Source: a virus. From it: a stretch of DNA of 64,000 nucleotides. This document shows, piece after piece, positions 53,876-62,709 of this stretch. The notes beneath the pieces were generated by a model. That model had not been told where the DNA came from. It did no database searches and saw only the letters and a list, made by a program, of their open reading frames with translations. The stretch lies in the IMG/VR virus record IMGVR_UViG_3300044714_000074, positions 1-64,000 of that record; one strand, given 5' to 3'. Position numbers and translations under genes: made by a program. Numbering within the stretch: position 1 is the first letter of the stretch; each line of letters starts with the position of its first letter.

Positions 53876-54769
53876 TCAGGCCCTCCGTTCCCGGCGCTTC
53901 CTTAGCACGGATTCGCAGATCGCACGATCACCGGCCTGGTCATGGTCGCCCTCAATGGCGATCCGATGCTCGAAGAACCACTCGTGCAGCGGACTTGTCG
54001 CGTAGAGCCGGGCCCATTCGACGACGGTCTCCTCGTCCATCGGGCGCGCGCCGACGCCGAAAGTACGCTCCGGCGGCGACAGTTCGGCGAAGGCCGCCTC
54101 CGCCGCGTCGGTCACGACGTGGATCTCGTCCCGCGCGTAGGCCTCCGGCAAATCACAGTCGATCGTGACCCCATTGAAGCCGAGATCGCGGTCGACCACA
54201 GCGGCGAACGGGTGAAGGTGCCAAGCTCGCAGCACGACGCTTTTCCCGTCCCGAAAGAACACGTTGGAGCACATTTCCGAGCGCCCGGTCCCGAAGAAGC
54301 ACTCCGTCGTCGAATGGTGAGGATGCCGCATCGCCCACCGCAGAAGATCGGGCGCCGGCGCGCCAACCGGCGGCAGTGCGGCGCCGTCGGTCCGCGTTCC
54401 AGCCATCATCACCATCCCGGTCCCGGTCGCGATTCGCTTCTCCGCGGCCGCGAAGAGTTCGATCGAGCAGACCATGTCGGCATTGATGAAGCCGAGAACG
54501 TCGCCTCGTTTCGCCATCCTGATCGCTTCCTGGTGGCAGGCACCGAGGCGGTAGTGCGTCCCCTCGATCGGCGGGACCGGAAGCGTCGTCAGCGCGAGGC
54601 CGCGGCCGGCGGCCACCTCCGCTATCCTGGCGCGGTCGTCGGTGTGGACGAGAAGCCGCGCATCGGCCTTGGCGTGTCGGAGCGCGGCGGCGATCGCCGG
54701 CAGCGCCGACTTCTCGAAGGTGCTGAGACAGCGCTCGCCCCAGGCCGGGATGACGATGGTCCAGTTCAT
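53876..54769 (-). CDS. putative GT-A-like glycosyltransferase, paralogue 2
   Basis: IPAWG, HTD, INADMVCS, WHLHP, TIDCD, IHVVTDAAE, ELSP. Confidence 0.55.
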   Translation of the reverse strand: MNWTIVIPAWGERCLSTFEKSALPAIAAALRHAKADARLLVHTDDRARIAEVAAGRGLALTTLPVPPIEGTHYRLGACHQEAIRMAKRGDVLGFINADMVCSIELFAAAEKRIATGTGMVMMAGTRTDGAALPPVGAPAPDLLRWAMRHPHHSTTECFFGTGRSEMCSNVFFRDGKSVVLRAWHLHPFAAVVDRDLGFNGVTIDCDLPEAYARDEIHVVTDAAEAAFAELSPPERTFGVGARPMDEETVVEWARLYATSPLHEWFFEHRIAIEGDHDQAGDRAICESVLRKRRERRA

Positions 54770-54774
54770 CCTCT

Positions 54775-55095
54775 TTATTGCCCAGAAATAAATAGTTCTT
54801 TGAGCCGCGCATTGGCGCGTTTGATCATTTCAAGCCGATCTGGCGTCTTGTCTTCAGAATAGCAATCAACATAAGGCGTATTATCGTTATTGCCGTTGTT
54901 CCGAAACTTTCCGCCGAATCCAAGTGCGCCCATGAAACGCCATTCTCGACAGACGAGCATTCCGCGCTCGTCGGATTTTGTAATACCGCGAACGAAGGCT
55001 TCACCATCGCGCGGATCAAAGACTTTGTGACCACATTCCTCAATCAAGATTTTGAGGATGGCGCAGGCTTGTTGATCTGTTATTTTTCGGTGCAT
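54775..55095 (-). CDS. hypothetical phage protein
   Basis: CREWRF.GALGFGGKF..N...YVDCY.ED family; lower GC. Confidence 0.65.
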   Translation of the reverse strand: MHRKITDQQACAILKILIEECGHKVFDPRDGEAFVRGITKSDERGMLVCREWRFMGALGFGGKFRNNGNNDNTPYVDCYSEDKTPDRLEMIKRANARLKELFISGQ

Positions 55096-55098
55096 CGC

Positions 55099-55803
55099 TT
55101 ATCTGCGCCCCTTGTTCATAAACCGCTGCCAAGCCTTCTTGTACTCGTCCTCGGGATCGCCGTGCATCGCCCGATATTGCGCCTGAATCGGTATCTTGTC
55201 GCTGGTCGAATCTTTCCGCTTTTCGGCAACGACCACACTGACGAAGTCGCCGATCAACGTCCCCGGCGTCGCCGAGACCGGCTCGCCGCGGTGATACGGT
55301 TCCCATGGTATCGGCACCCACGGCCCGCCGTAGATTCCGTTCGGGAAGGCGAACAACTTGATCCAGCAGTCCTCGTAGCCGTTCGCGGCGAAGAAGTCGA
55401 AGAACCACTCCGGGGAAAAGCACAGCACAGCACCCTGGATCGCGGTGCCGTGCTCGACGAGCATCATCCGGCCGCCTGGTCTGAGCATCTTCGAAAGCGA
55501 TCGAATCGCCATCGCGGGATCGAAGACGTTGTCGAGGCAGGAGCCGTCGAAGATGAAATCGCAGATCGAGGCGTAGCGGTCCGGCAGCTCGACGTTGAGG
55601 TCCCACACAATGTCGGCGCCCTCATAGGCGGAGACGTCGAGCGCGTTGACGGTGACAACTTCCGGGAATTGCTGAAACAGTTCTGTGTCGGTGAGCGTCG
55701 ATCCCTCGACGGTCTGCCGTCCAATCAGCAGGACATCGCCGGCGATCGGCCGGAAGGCATTCTCGCGCTTCAGCTCCTCGATCACGGCGGGGAAGATGCT
55801 CAT
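55099..55803 (-). CDS. SAM-dependent methyltransferase-like protein
   Basis: VLLIGRQ, LDVSAYEGAD..DLN, DFIFDGSCLDNVF, LRPGG. Confidence 0.8.
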   Translation of the reverse strand: MSIFPAVIEELKRENAFRPIAGDVLLIGRQTVEGSTLTDTELFQQFPEVVTVNALDVSAYEGADIVWDLNVELPDRYASICDFIFDGSCLDNVFDPAMAIRSLSKMLRPGGRMMLVEHGTAIQGAVLCFSPEWFFDFFAANGYEDCWIKLFAFPNGIYGGPWVPIPWEPYHRGEPVSATPGTLIGDFVSVVVAEKRKDSTSDKIPIQAQYRAMHGDPEDEYKKAWQRFMNKGRR

Positions 55804-56606
55804 GGCCGATAGGTCGCCGCGATATGACGGCTGAGAGGCAGTGGTATCTTGGCGACCATTGCGGACGCCATCTTACGGGCACTTACATTGCTGCTCGATG
55901 TTCGCGGAGACTTCCAACCAAAAGCGTTAGAATGCTTGCGATCATAGCCATCGGCATCTTTGTGCTTCAAGCCAGACAAGGCGTGGACTGGGTTTTGATT
56001 GGTCACTTTCTGGCCTGGCGATCCGATATTGAACCACGATCCGCCGCTGTTTTTGACACTCTCCGATTGGAAGGAACGTCCAGAACCGTCAAACCGAAAG
56101 CCTGGATTTTTATGGGCGCGCGAAGTGAACGGCATCAATGCCGGCACGTCGCCCCAAAGGTAGAAGCTGCCAAATGACCAGCGAGCACGCCCGACCCACG
56201 GCTGGGCACCCTTGACGTTCTCAATGATAAGCGGAACGCGACGCCCAGCCGCAAGAGACGCCTCGAATTGGATTCGCAGGCATGCCTTAAATAGACGCGT
56301 AAGCCGTTCAAGCTCCGCGCCAGTCGTATCGGCCCGGATCGCCGCCGCCTTGGCCTTCGCGCGCTTCCAAGGCATCGCCATGTAGGAGTATTCCTGACAC
56401 GGCGGCGATGCGACGATTAGGTCTGCGCCCCTGAACTGCGATCCGTGCAGCGTCAGCACGTCTTGCACGACCAGTTGCGCCGGATAGCGGTGCTCGCCGT
56501 ATTGGTGGCGCTCAATATCGAAGCCGATCACGTCGTAGCCCTCCGCTAGCAAGCCCTCGGTCCAGCCGCCGAGGCCGCAAAAGAGGTCGATTGCCAACGG
56601 TTTCAT
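55800..56606 (-). CDS. DNA (cytosine-5) methyltransferase
   Basis: DLFCGLGG (motif I), ASPPCQ (IV), IIENV (VI). Confidence 0.85.
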   Translation of the reverse strand: MKPLAIDLFCGLGGWTEGLLAEGYDVIGFDIERHQYGEHRYPAQLVVQDVLTLHGSQFRGADLIVASPPCQEYSYMAMPWKRAKAKAAAIRADTTGAELERLTRLFKACLRIQFEASLAAGRRVPLIIENVKGAQPWVGRARWSFGSFYLWGDVPALMPFTSRAHKNPGFRFDGSGRSFQSESVKNSGGSWFNIGSPGQKVTNQNPVHALSGLKHKDADGYDRKHSNAFGWKSPRTSSSNVSARKMASAMVAKIPLPLSRHIAATYRP

Positions 56607-57502
56607 CGCCCCAGGATTCCCTTCACGGCCTCATCGTCGCCGCAGCCTTCCCCGGTCCCGACGATAACGATTCGCTGCGCCAGCATCCACCGATAGATCG
56701 AATGCTCGAGATGCTGGCCGGCGTAGCGTTTGGACAACGGGGGTAAGTCGGTGCGTTCTGGCGGTTCGTCGGCATCGCGCGATCCCGATGTCTTGCTCGG
56801 CGGTGACAGTTCGATCACGGCGAGCTCGTCCGGGCTGGTGACGAGATGAACCTCTGCCGGCTCGAAATTGGCAACGAGGTCCGAGTCGATCGTCGGCATG
56901 AACGGCAGCGCGCGACCATCGGCGAGAAGCGCCAGCGGGTGCGCCAGCCATAACCGGGCGGCGACGTTCGGCCCGGCTTGGAAATAAACCCGGGAGAGGT
57001 CGGCAGCGCGACCGTCCGGCCAAGTGCAGGCCGCCGCCATGGCATGCCGGTGCGACCATCCCCATTCCGATAGATCGCGGGAGCCGGCGCCGTGCGGCAG
57101 CACGCCCTCATCCTTGACCCTCGTCGCGTTGCAGCAGACCAGCTTCTTGTGCCGGCCGAAGAGCGCATCGCGGCAGGCCGTCAGCGTGTTCGCCGAGATC
57201 ACCATATCGGCGGTCAGGAGGACGACGACCTCGCCTGGCTTGGCGATCCGCATGACGTCCCGATGCGCCCGCGACATGCAGTGGAACCACTGCTGGCCGG
57301 CCGGAACCGGACGCGTCTCGATCGCCAGCTCCGGCGTTCTATGCCGCGACAGCCAGTCCGGCGCGTCGGTGTGCGCGATCAGCGTCACCGATTCGCCGAG
57401 TGCGCGGGCCGCAGCGCGGAGCATCGGGAGGCCAGCGGCGCAGAAGACATCGACGAACCGCTGGCCCCACACCGGGACGGAGACCAGCCAACGCCGTCCC
57501 AT
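56603..57502 (-). CDS. putative GT-A-like glycosyltransferase, paralogue 3
   Basis: VPVWG, HTD, LTADMVIS, WLAHP, TIDSD, VHLVTSPDE, ELSP. Confidence 0.55.
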   Translation of the reverse strand: MGRRWLVSVPVWGQRFVDVFCAAGLPMLRAAARALGESVTLIAHTDAPDWLSRHRTPELAIETRPVPAGQQWFHCMSRAHRDVMRIAKPGEVVVLLTADMVISANTLTACRDALFGRHKKLVCCNATRVKDEGVLPHGAGSRDLSEWGWSHRHAMAAACTWPDGRAADLSRVYFQAGPNVAARLWLAHPLALLADGRALPFMPTIDSDLVANFEPAEVHLVTSPDELAVIELSPPSKTSGSRDADEPPERTDLPPLSKRYAGQHLEHSIYRWMLAQRIVIVGTGEGCGDDEAVKGILGR

Positions 57503-57525
57503 CGAAGTCCCCTGTTATCGCCGCG

Positions 57526-58239
57526 TCAGTGCGGAAATTGTCGGACCAACAAATCGTCCGGTATTGGCGCTTTGCCGGTCATCTGCTTCATGAAGAACGG
57601 AATTGCTAGGCGCTCGCATGATGATTTTGTCCAGCGCGCCCACTCGGCAGGCATCATTCGCGCTCGCGGCCCACTCTCCCCGCCGCAAATCAACCAATCG
57701 GGGTGCGACGGTTCAAAAGGAATGGACAGTGGCGCAAGCGCAGGCTCGTAACTGATAAAGCGAATGCGCGCCGATATAGCCGCCAAGGTCGGCCAATCGC
57801 GATCAAATTCATCTTGATCGCCGCAAGTGATCCCCAGCCACACATTCTCTGGCGCTGTCGGCCACGGTGCTAGGCGCTCGTAATTCTGGATGCGCTTAGT
57901 CAGCAATAGCCAGTCGAGTTCTGGCGTAGATCGGATAAGGTCTGCCAAATCCTCACGCCATTGCCTCGGAACCTGATTATCAAGCCAATCCGCCAATGAG
58001 GCACAGAATACGCGCGGACGCTTGCCGGTCAGCCGCGCGGCTTTGGCCCACTGTAGAGGCTTCCGCCAGTTTGCCTCACTGGTACGCCTGCGATCCTCGC
58101 CAGGACCCCATTTAACGAGGCCGGATCGTTTCGCCCATCCCTCAGCGTAGCAGTTATCGCAGGGCGGTCCTACTTTCTGGCAACCGACCCACGGTTTGAA
58201 CGTGTGATCAGTCCACTCGATTTTGCTGTTCTCGCCCAT
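57526..58239 (-). CDS. DUF5131 (phage Gp37/Gp68) protein, copy 2
   Basis: Same motifs as 11916-12695. Confidence 0.92.
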   Translation of the reverse strand: MGENSKIEWTDHTFKPWVGCQKVGPPCDNCYAEGWAKRSGLVKWGPGEDRRRTSEANWRKPLQWAKAARLTGKRPRVFCASLADWLDNQVPRQWREDLADLIRSTPELDWLLLTKRIQNYERLAPWPTAPENVWLGITCGDQDEFDRDWPTLAAISARIRFISYEPALAPLSIPFEPSHPDWLICGGESGPRARMMPAEWARWTKSSCERLAIPFFMKQMTGKAPIPDDLLVRQFPH

Positions 58240-58264
58240 CGGATTCCTCGCAGTGACGGCGCAA

Positions 58265-59119
58265 TCACGCCGCAAACTCCCCGCGCGCCCGTGCACGCGC
58301 TTCCTCTAGCGCCGCTTTACCTTTCGCCGTCAGCATTGATTCGGGAAGGTCTCTAAGTCCAAATTTCCACAAATAATAGCAGCGGCAGAAAGGAAGTTCT
58401 GCGGGGCGCTCGATTTCATCCACGTAACCCACGCCCGGCATCGGCTTGACCAAACCCGCCTTGTGCGCCCAGGAATCGCGGACCAGGAAAATATCCTTGC
58501 CGATGTCGCGCTCTTTGTGCGGCTCGCGCGCTTGGTATCCTGGCTGCCTCCAATTTGAGCGCCACTGCCCTGCTATCGCCCCGCCATCGGTGGCGAGGAT
58601 TTCTGATAGCGAAGCCGTGAGTTTGTGGCCTTGGTCGATCAGAACGCGCCGTTCTTCAAACGGCAGCGACGAAAGTGCCTTGCGAACATCCTTCTTGGTC
58701 TGCCGCGTCTCTGCGGCCGCAGTGCCACCTTTCGGGATCGACGTCGCCCACCCCTGGAAACGCTGCAGCGTCTTGTCGATGGCCTGGTCCCGATTGAGTT
58801 TTATCAGATTGGCCGACGCCATGATCCGGCGGTCGAGCTCGGAGCGGAGCGCCGGTCGTATCTTGTCAAGGGTGAAGCGCTCGACGCCAGGGTTCAGCTT
58901 CAGCAGGCCGCCCTGATCAACCATCTTTCGGTAGATCGAGGCCAAGCCGTCGCGAAGGGATTGCTCCAGCGATTCGGGGCGGATCATTGACCGCTGCGCC
59001 GCCTCGCGGATCAGGCGCGACCATTTCGCGACGCGCTCGACGGAATCGAAGCCATTCTCGACGAGATCGTTTATGGCCGCCGAGAGTACCGAATAGAAAT
59101 CATCCTTCGCCGCGGGCAT
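58265..59119 (-). CDS. minor head protein (Mu gpF-like)
   Basis: IDQGHKL, W.S.WR..GY..R..H.ERD, PAELPFCRC; follows the portal. Confidence 0.85.
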   Translation of the reverse strand: MPAAKDDFYSVLSAAINDLVENGFDSVERVAKWSRLIREAAQRSMIRPESLEQSLRDGLASIYRKMVDQGGLLKLNPGVERFTLDKIRPALRSELDRRIMASANLIKLNRDQAIDKTLQRFQGWATSIPKGGTAAAETRQTKKDVRKALSSLPFEERRVLIDQGHKLTASLSEILATDGGAIAGQWRSNWRQPGYQAREPHKERDIGKDIFLVRDSWAHKAGLVKPMPGVGYVDEIERPAELPFCRCYYLWKFGLRDLPESMLTAKGKAALEEARARARGEFAA

Positions 59120-59298
59120 GTGATCATCACGCCTCGCCGAGCCGAATATGGCTCAAATCGACCCGGTGCTCGTATCGTTCGATCCTGATGACCGGGAGGA
59201 GGATGATGAGCGCGGAGTCGGACGGATCGCGGTGCACGGCGTCCGGGTTCTTGCTGCGCTGTTCGTAGTCGGCGAATCGAATAATGGTGGCCGGCATG

Positions 59299-59493
59299 TC
59301 ATTCCACCAAGCGTAGAGTTGGTTTATTTGGCGTCGCCTCAGCGGTCATCGGCTTGGAAATAAATTCAAGCGCCTCTTGCAGAGCGGCAATCACTCTCGG
59401 CTTCTCTTCAGCCGCAGGATACAAGCACAAACTGTCTTTGGTCGTGTCGTATGAAAACCATTCCCCAATTTCATCTTTTACAACGATGATCAC
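59299..59493 (-). CDS. hypothetical protein
   Basis: RBS; C-terminal PTLRLVE. Confidence 0.45.
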   Translation of the reverse strand: MIIVVKDEIGEWFSYDTTKDSLCLYPAAEEKPRVIAALQEALEFISKPMTAEATPNKPTLRLVE

Positions 59494-59511
59494 GGTCGCT
59501 TTCCCCTGTCT

Positions 59512-61074
59512 TCAAGCGTTCAGCGTCTTTCCGTTCAGGTGCCCGTTCGGCTTCGGCGTGTGCCCGGCGAGCGGCGCGAGGAGATCGGGCTCGGCATCAA
59601 TCTGGCGTCTTGCTGCCTTCCTGGCAACCCGGCGCTGCTCCTGCGAATCGTTCGCCGCGAACGGCTTCGGCTCCTTCGGCTCCTCGAGAGCCTGCTGCTG
59701 CGGCGGGACGTATTCCTCCAGCGCTTGGAGGTTGAGCTGCAGCGGGTTCTGGAACATCAGCTTGTCGCTGTTGATGTTGGCCTCCAGCCAACCCGCCACG
59801 ATCGCCTTGTTCTCGGGATCGAGCGCCGGCGCCAGAACTTCCCACACCGCGATGATCGCCTTGAGCTTGACGTCCGCCGTCTTGACCTTCTCGGAGTCCG
59901 GCTCCGTCAGCAGGTTCGGCCATTCCGCCGCGAACGAGTTCGACCACTTGTAGAAGGCGTCCTCGTAGCGGAGGTCGGCATACTCCGGGAAATCGTTCTG
60001 GATCGTCTTGTAGAACTCCGGCGTCCAGGCCCGGCGCATGATGATCGGGTCGAGGAAAGCGTAGACCGGCCGGATGTGGCGGCGAAAGGCGTCGACGAAC
60101 CCGGCGACGAGCTTGGCATCCTCGGTGCCCTCGCCGAAGCCCTCCGCGAAGGTCTCCTGCTTGAGAATAATCGCCGGCATGTCTGCCGCGGTCGCGATGT
60201 TCTCCAGGATGTTCTTGCGGGAATTGCCGTAGGCGCCGTCAATGTTCTGCATGTTCAACGTCTCGATCTTCTCGTCCGTGCCGATCGAGATCACGTTGCC
60301 GTTGACGACGGTGGCGTCCTTGACGAAGAGCCGCTTCAGACCGGCGGACGCCGACATGATGGCGTCGATGATCGCGCCGGCGGTTTTCAGCATCGCGATG
60401 AAGACGCCGGCCTTCTTGGTCACCAGGTCGTCGGTGATCATTGTCTGGATGAACGACTTCAGCGGATAAAGCGCCCGCTGGAAGACGGAGCGGCCGACGA
60501 AGCCGTAGGCCGATGTCGTGTAGGCGATATAGACCGGCCGCTCGTGCATGAGCGTGACCGTCCGGGAGCGATGATACGCCTTGCCGGAAACCGCGATCGC
60601 GGTGACCTTCATGAAGTCGATCGAGCCTGGATCCTGGTTCAGCACCAGCGAGCCGGCGGTGTTCAGCGGATCGAAGACTGAGAACGCGATCTTCAGGTCG
60701 GCGTACTGCTTCGGGTCGATCGGTTCGCTCGGTGGCACGTCCTCGCAGACCGTTGCCAGCGACCCGATTCCGTAGGCGCGAGAAACCGCGACGACGTTGT
60801 GCACGACCTCATCGCAGCCGTCGGTTTCCCATTGCTTGACGAACTGATCGCGAACCCGCTCCATCTCCGGACTGTCCGGGACGCTGATCGTGCGGGCCTG
60901 GCTCTGCGCCATCGTGATCGGCCCCTCGACCATCTTCTTGCCGAGCGGATGGTAGAGCCAGAGCGCCTTGCAGGTCTCGTAGGACGGCTGGTCGCCAGGG
61001 ACGATGTCTGGCGCGGTGAGCAGTTCGCTCAGCGCGTTGCCAAGGCCGGAGCCGTTGATGTCGACTTGGCCCAT
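59512..61074 (-). CDS. portal protein (DUF1073-like)
   Basis: HPLG.KM, DPLNTAGS, GRSVFQRAL, GFGEGTED, WPNLL.E; lies between terminase and gpF. Confidence 0.88.
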   Translation of the reverse strand: MGQVDINGSGLGNALSELLTAPDIVPGDQPSYETCKALWLYHPLGKKMVEGPITMAQSQARTISVPDSPEMERVRDQFVKQWETDGCDEVVHNVVAVSRAYGIGSLATVCEDVPPSEPIDPKQYADLKIAFSVFDPLNTAGSLVLNQDPGSIDFMKVTAIAVSGKAYHRSRTVTLMHERPVYIAYTTSAYGFVGRSVFQRALYPLKSFIQTMITDDLVTKKAGVFIAMLKTAGAIIDAIMSASAGLKRLFVKDATVVNGNVISIGTDEKIETLNMQNIDGAYGNSRKNILENIATAADMPAIILKQETFAEGFGEGTEDAKLVAGFVDAFRRHIRPVYAFLDPIIMRRAWTPEFYKTIQNDFPEYADLRYEDAFYKWSNSFAAEWPNLLTEPDSEKVKTADVKLKAIIAVWEVLAPALDPENKAIVAGWLEANINSDKLMFQNPLQLNLQALEEYVPPQQQALEEPKEPKPFAANDSQEQRRVARKAARRQIDAEPDLLAPLAGHTPKPNGHLNGKTLNA

Positions 61075-61081
61075 AGCGGGA

Positions 61082-61342
61082 TCAGTTTCTTTCTCTGCGC
61101 ACGCCTACGGTATTGGCGGCCTTGGTGATAGCCCCTTGCAGCATCTTCGGTTGGCGTGGCAAGTCCATCGTCTTTTTGCCATCAACTACCAGGAAGCCCC
61201 GCGTTTCGCAGACGCAGCATTCGTGTTCTCCGCACCAACCGCCATAACAATTCGGGCAGCCTATAATCTGGTCCAGAGATACGAGACCATCTTTCAATCC
61301 TTTAGTCTCGGTCACAGAATTAATTCTTTGTTTGAGTATCAT
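61082..61342 (-). CDS. zinc-finger hypothetical protein
   Basis: CPNCYGG...CCVCETRG. Confidence 0.5.
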   Translation of the reverse strand: MILKQRINSVTETKGLKDGLVSLDQIIGCPNCYGGWCGEHECCVCETRGFLVVDGKKTMDLPRQPKMLQGAITKAANTVGVRRERN

Positions 61343-61347
61343 TAGAA

Positions 61348-61737
61348 CTATCCCCTCAGCTTCATCGGCACCGAGCTCGGCGGCGGCGTGTGGACGATCG
61401 GCGCCTTCTGGATGCCGTCGGCAAAGGCGGATTGAATACCCTTGCGGACAATCGCAAGCGTGTTGATGTCGGACGAGACCGAGCCGGCAAGCAGGTTTCC
61501 CATCTGCCACGCCACGATGTTGAGGATCATCGTCGGGTGAACTCCTGGGGAAGAGACTAGCGTGCCGCGGAGCATCATCCCGAAGGCTTGGCGGACGATG
61601 GGCCCGAGCGCGTTCGCTGCGGCCTGCGCCGCCGCCATCATCTCCGGCGTCGGCTGCGCGACGGCTCCGGGGTTCTTCTCCAGGTGCTTGAGGACTTCCG
61701 CGACCATGTTGGGGTCGGCGCCGTTGCCTTCGGTCAT
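61348..61737 (-). CDS. hypothetical protein
   Basis: GGGAG RBS, coupled start. Confidence 0.6.
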   Translation of the reverse strand: MTEGNGADPNMVAEVLKHLEKNPGAVAQPTPEMMAAAQAAANALGPIVRQAFGMMLRGTLVSSPGVHPTMILNIVAWQMGNLLAGSVSSDINTLAIVRKGIQSAFADGIQKAPIVHTPPPSSVPMKLRG

Positions 61738-61943
61738 TGCGTCCGCTCCCTCAACACACGATTAGCAGCCTTGATGGCATCAACCGCCCGCCACCGCAGC
61801 AGCCAGTCCGGCTCCCACCACCGCCGCTTGACGCCCCAGAGAATAGCGATCCGCGTCAACTCGTGGCCGCGCACCGGCTTCCGGCCGATCAAGGCCGTCA
61901 TCGTGTAGCTGCGGTCTGAGTTCCAGGTCGGGCTGAACGACAT
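61734..61943 (-). CDS. hypothetical protein
   Basis: GGAGG RBS. Confidence 0.5.
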   Translation of the reverse strand: MSFSPTWNSDRSYTMTALIGRKPVRGHELTRIAILWGVKRRWWEPDWLLRWRAVDAIKAANRVLRERTQ

Positions 61944-62037
61944 CAGAAGCCCTCCGCGTTGCCGAGCACCACGCTGTAATCACTTTCATCCAATACCAAG
62001 ATACGCTATCTTTGGCAATACTCAAAGGGAGTTCTTT

Positions 62038-62709
62038 ATGGTTGCCAGATGCGCCGCTCGCGACGAAGCAAAAGCAAAGGGCGAGCTTTTTTACTTTACG
62101 GGAATCCCATGTCCCAAAGGACACTTAGCCCCTCGCTATACGAGCGTCTATAAATGCACTGAGTGTGCGAAAGACGAATTGAAGGCGAAAAGAGAACAAA
62201 CTGCGGCCCGCCGAGCAGCCCGCCCTTTATCGGTGCGCGAGCAGGCTAAGGCCGATGGAGCTACCCGATACTTTACCGGAAAGGCGTGTCCGCGCGGACA
62301 TTTTGCTGAGCGCGCCACAGTCAATGGAGTTTGCGTTGAATGCCAGCGCGAAGATCGCCTGCGTCGAAATGCAGATGATCCAATCGTTAGAAAAAAGCGC
62401 GCTCAATATCGCAAGAAAAACGCGGAACGGTATCGGTCACATGTCCGCAATCGTCGCGCCGCCGCCAAAGCTATTCCGGGATCGCACACTAAGGATGATA
62501 TTCTGACGATCTTGGAGGCACAAAATTATCGCTGTGCATATTGCCGTCGATCAATTCGAAGAACTCATCATGTCGACCACATCATTGCCTTATCGAAGGG
62601 CGGCACCAACTGGCCAAGCAATCTTCAGCTTACTTGTTCCGGCTGCAATCTCCGCAAATGGAATAAGGACCCTGTCGATTTTGCTCAAGAACTCGGGAAA
62701 TTACTTTAA
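62038..62709 (+). mobile_element. free-standing HNH homing endonuclease, antisense to the late operon
   Basis: Two YFTG..C..GH...R.....C.EC repeats; CAYC...HVDHIIALSKGGTN..SNLQLTC..CN..K; lower GC. Confidence 0.9.

Noticed and set aside
11916-58239. Inverted DUF5131 copies as the ends of an invertible segment
   Set aside because: Nucleotide identity is broken by many synonymous changes and no site-specific recombinase is present
59512-61074. Anti-CBASS Acb1 label often attached to DUF1073 proteins
   Set aside because: No HxT phosphoesterase motifs seen; size and position indicate a plain portal
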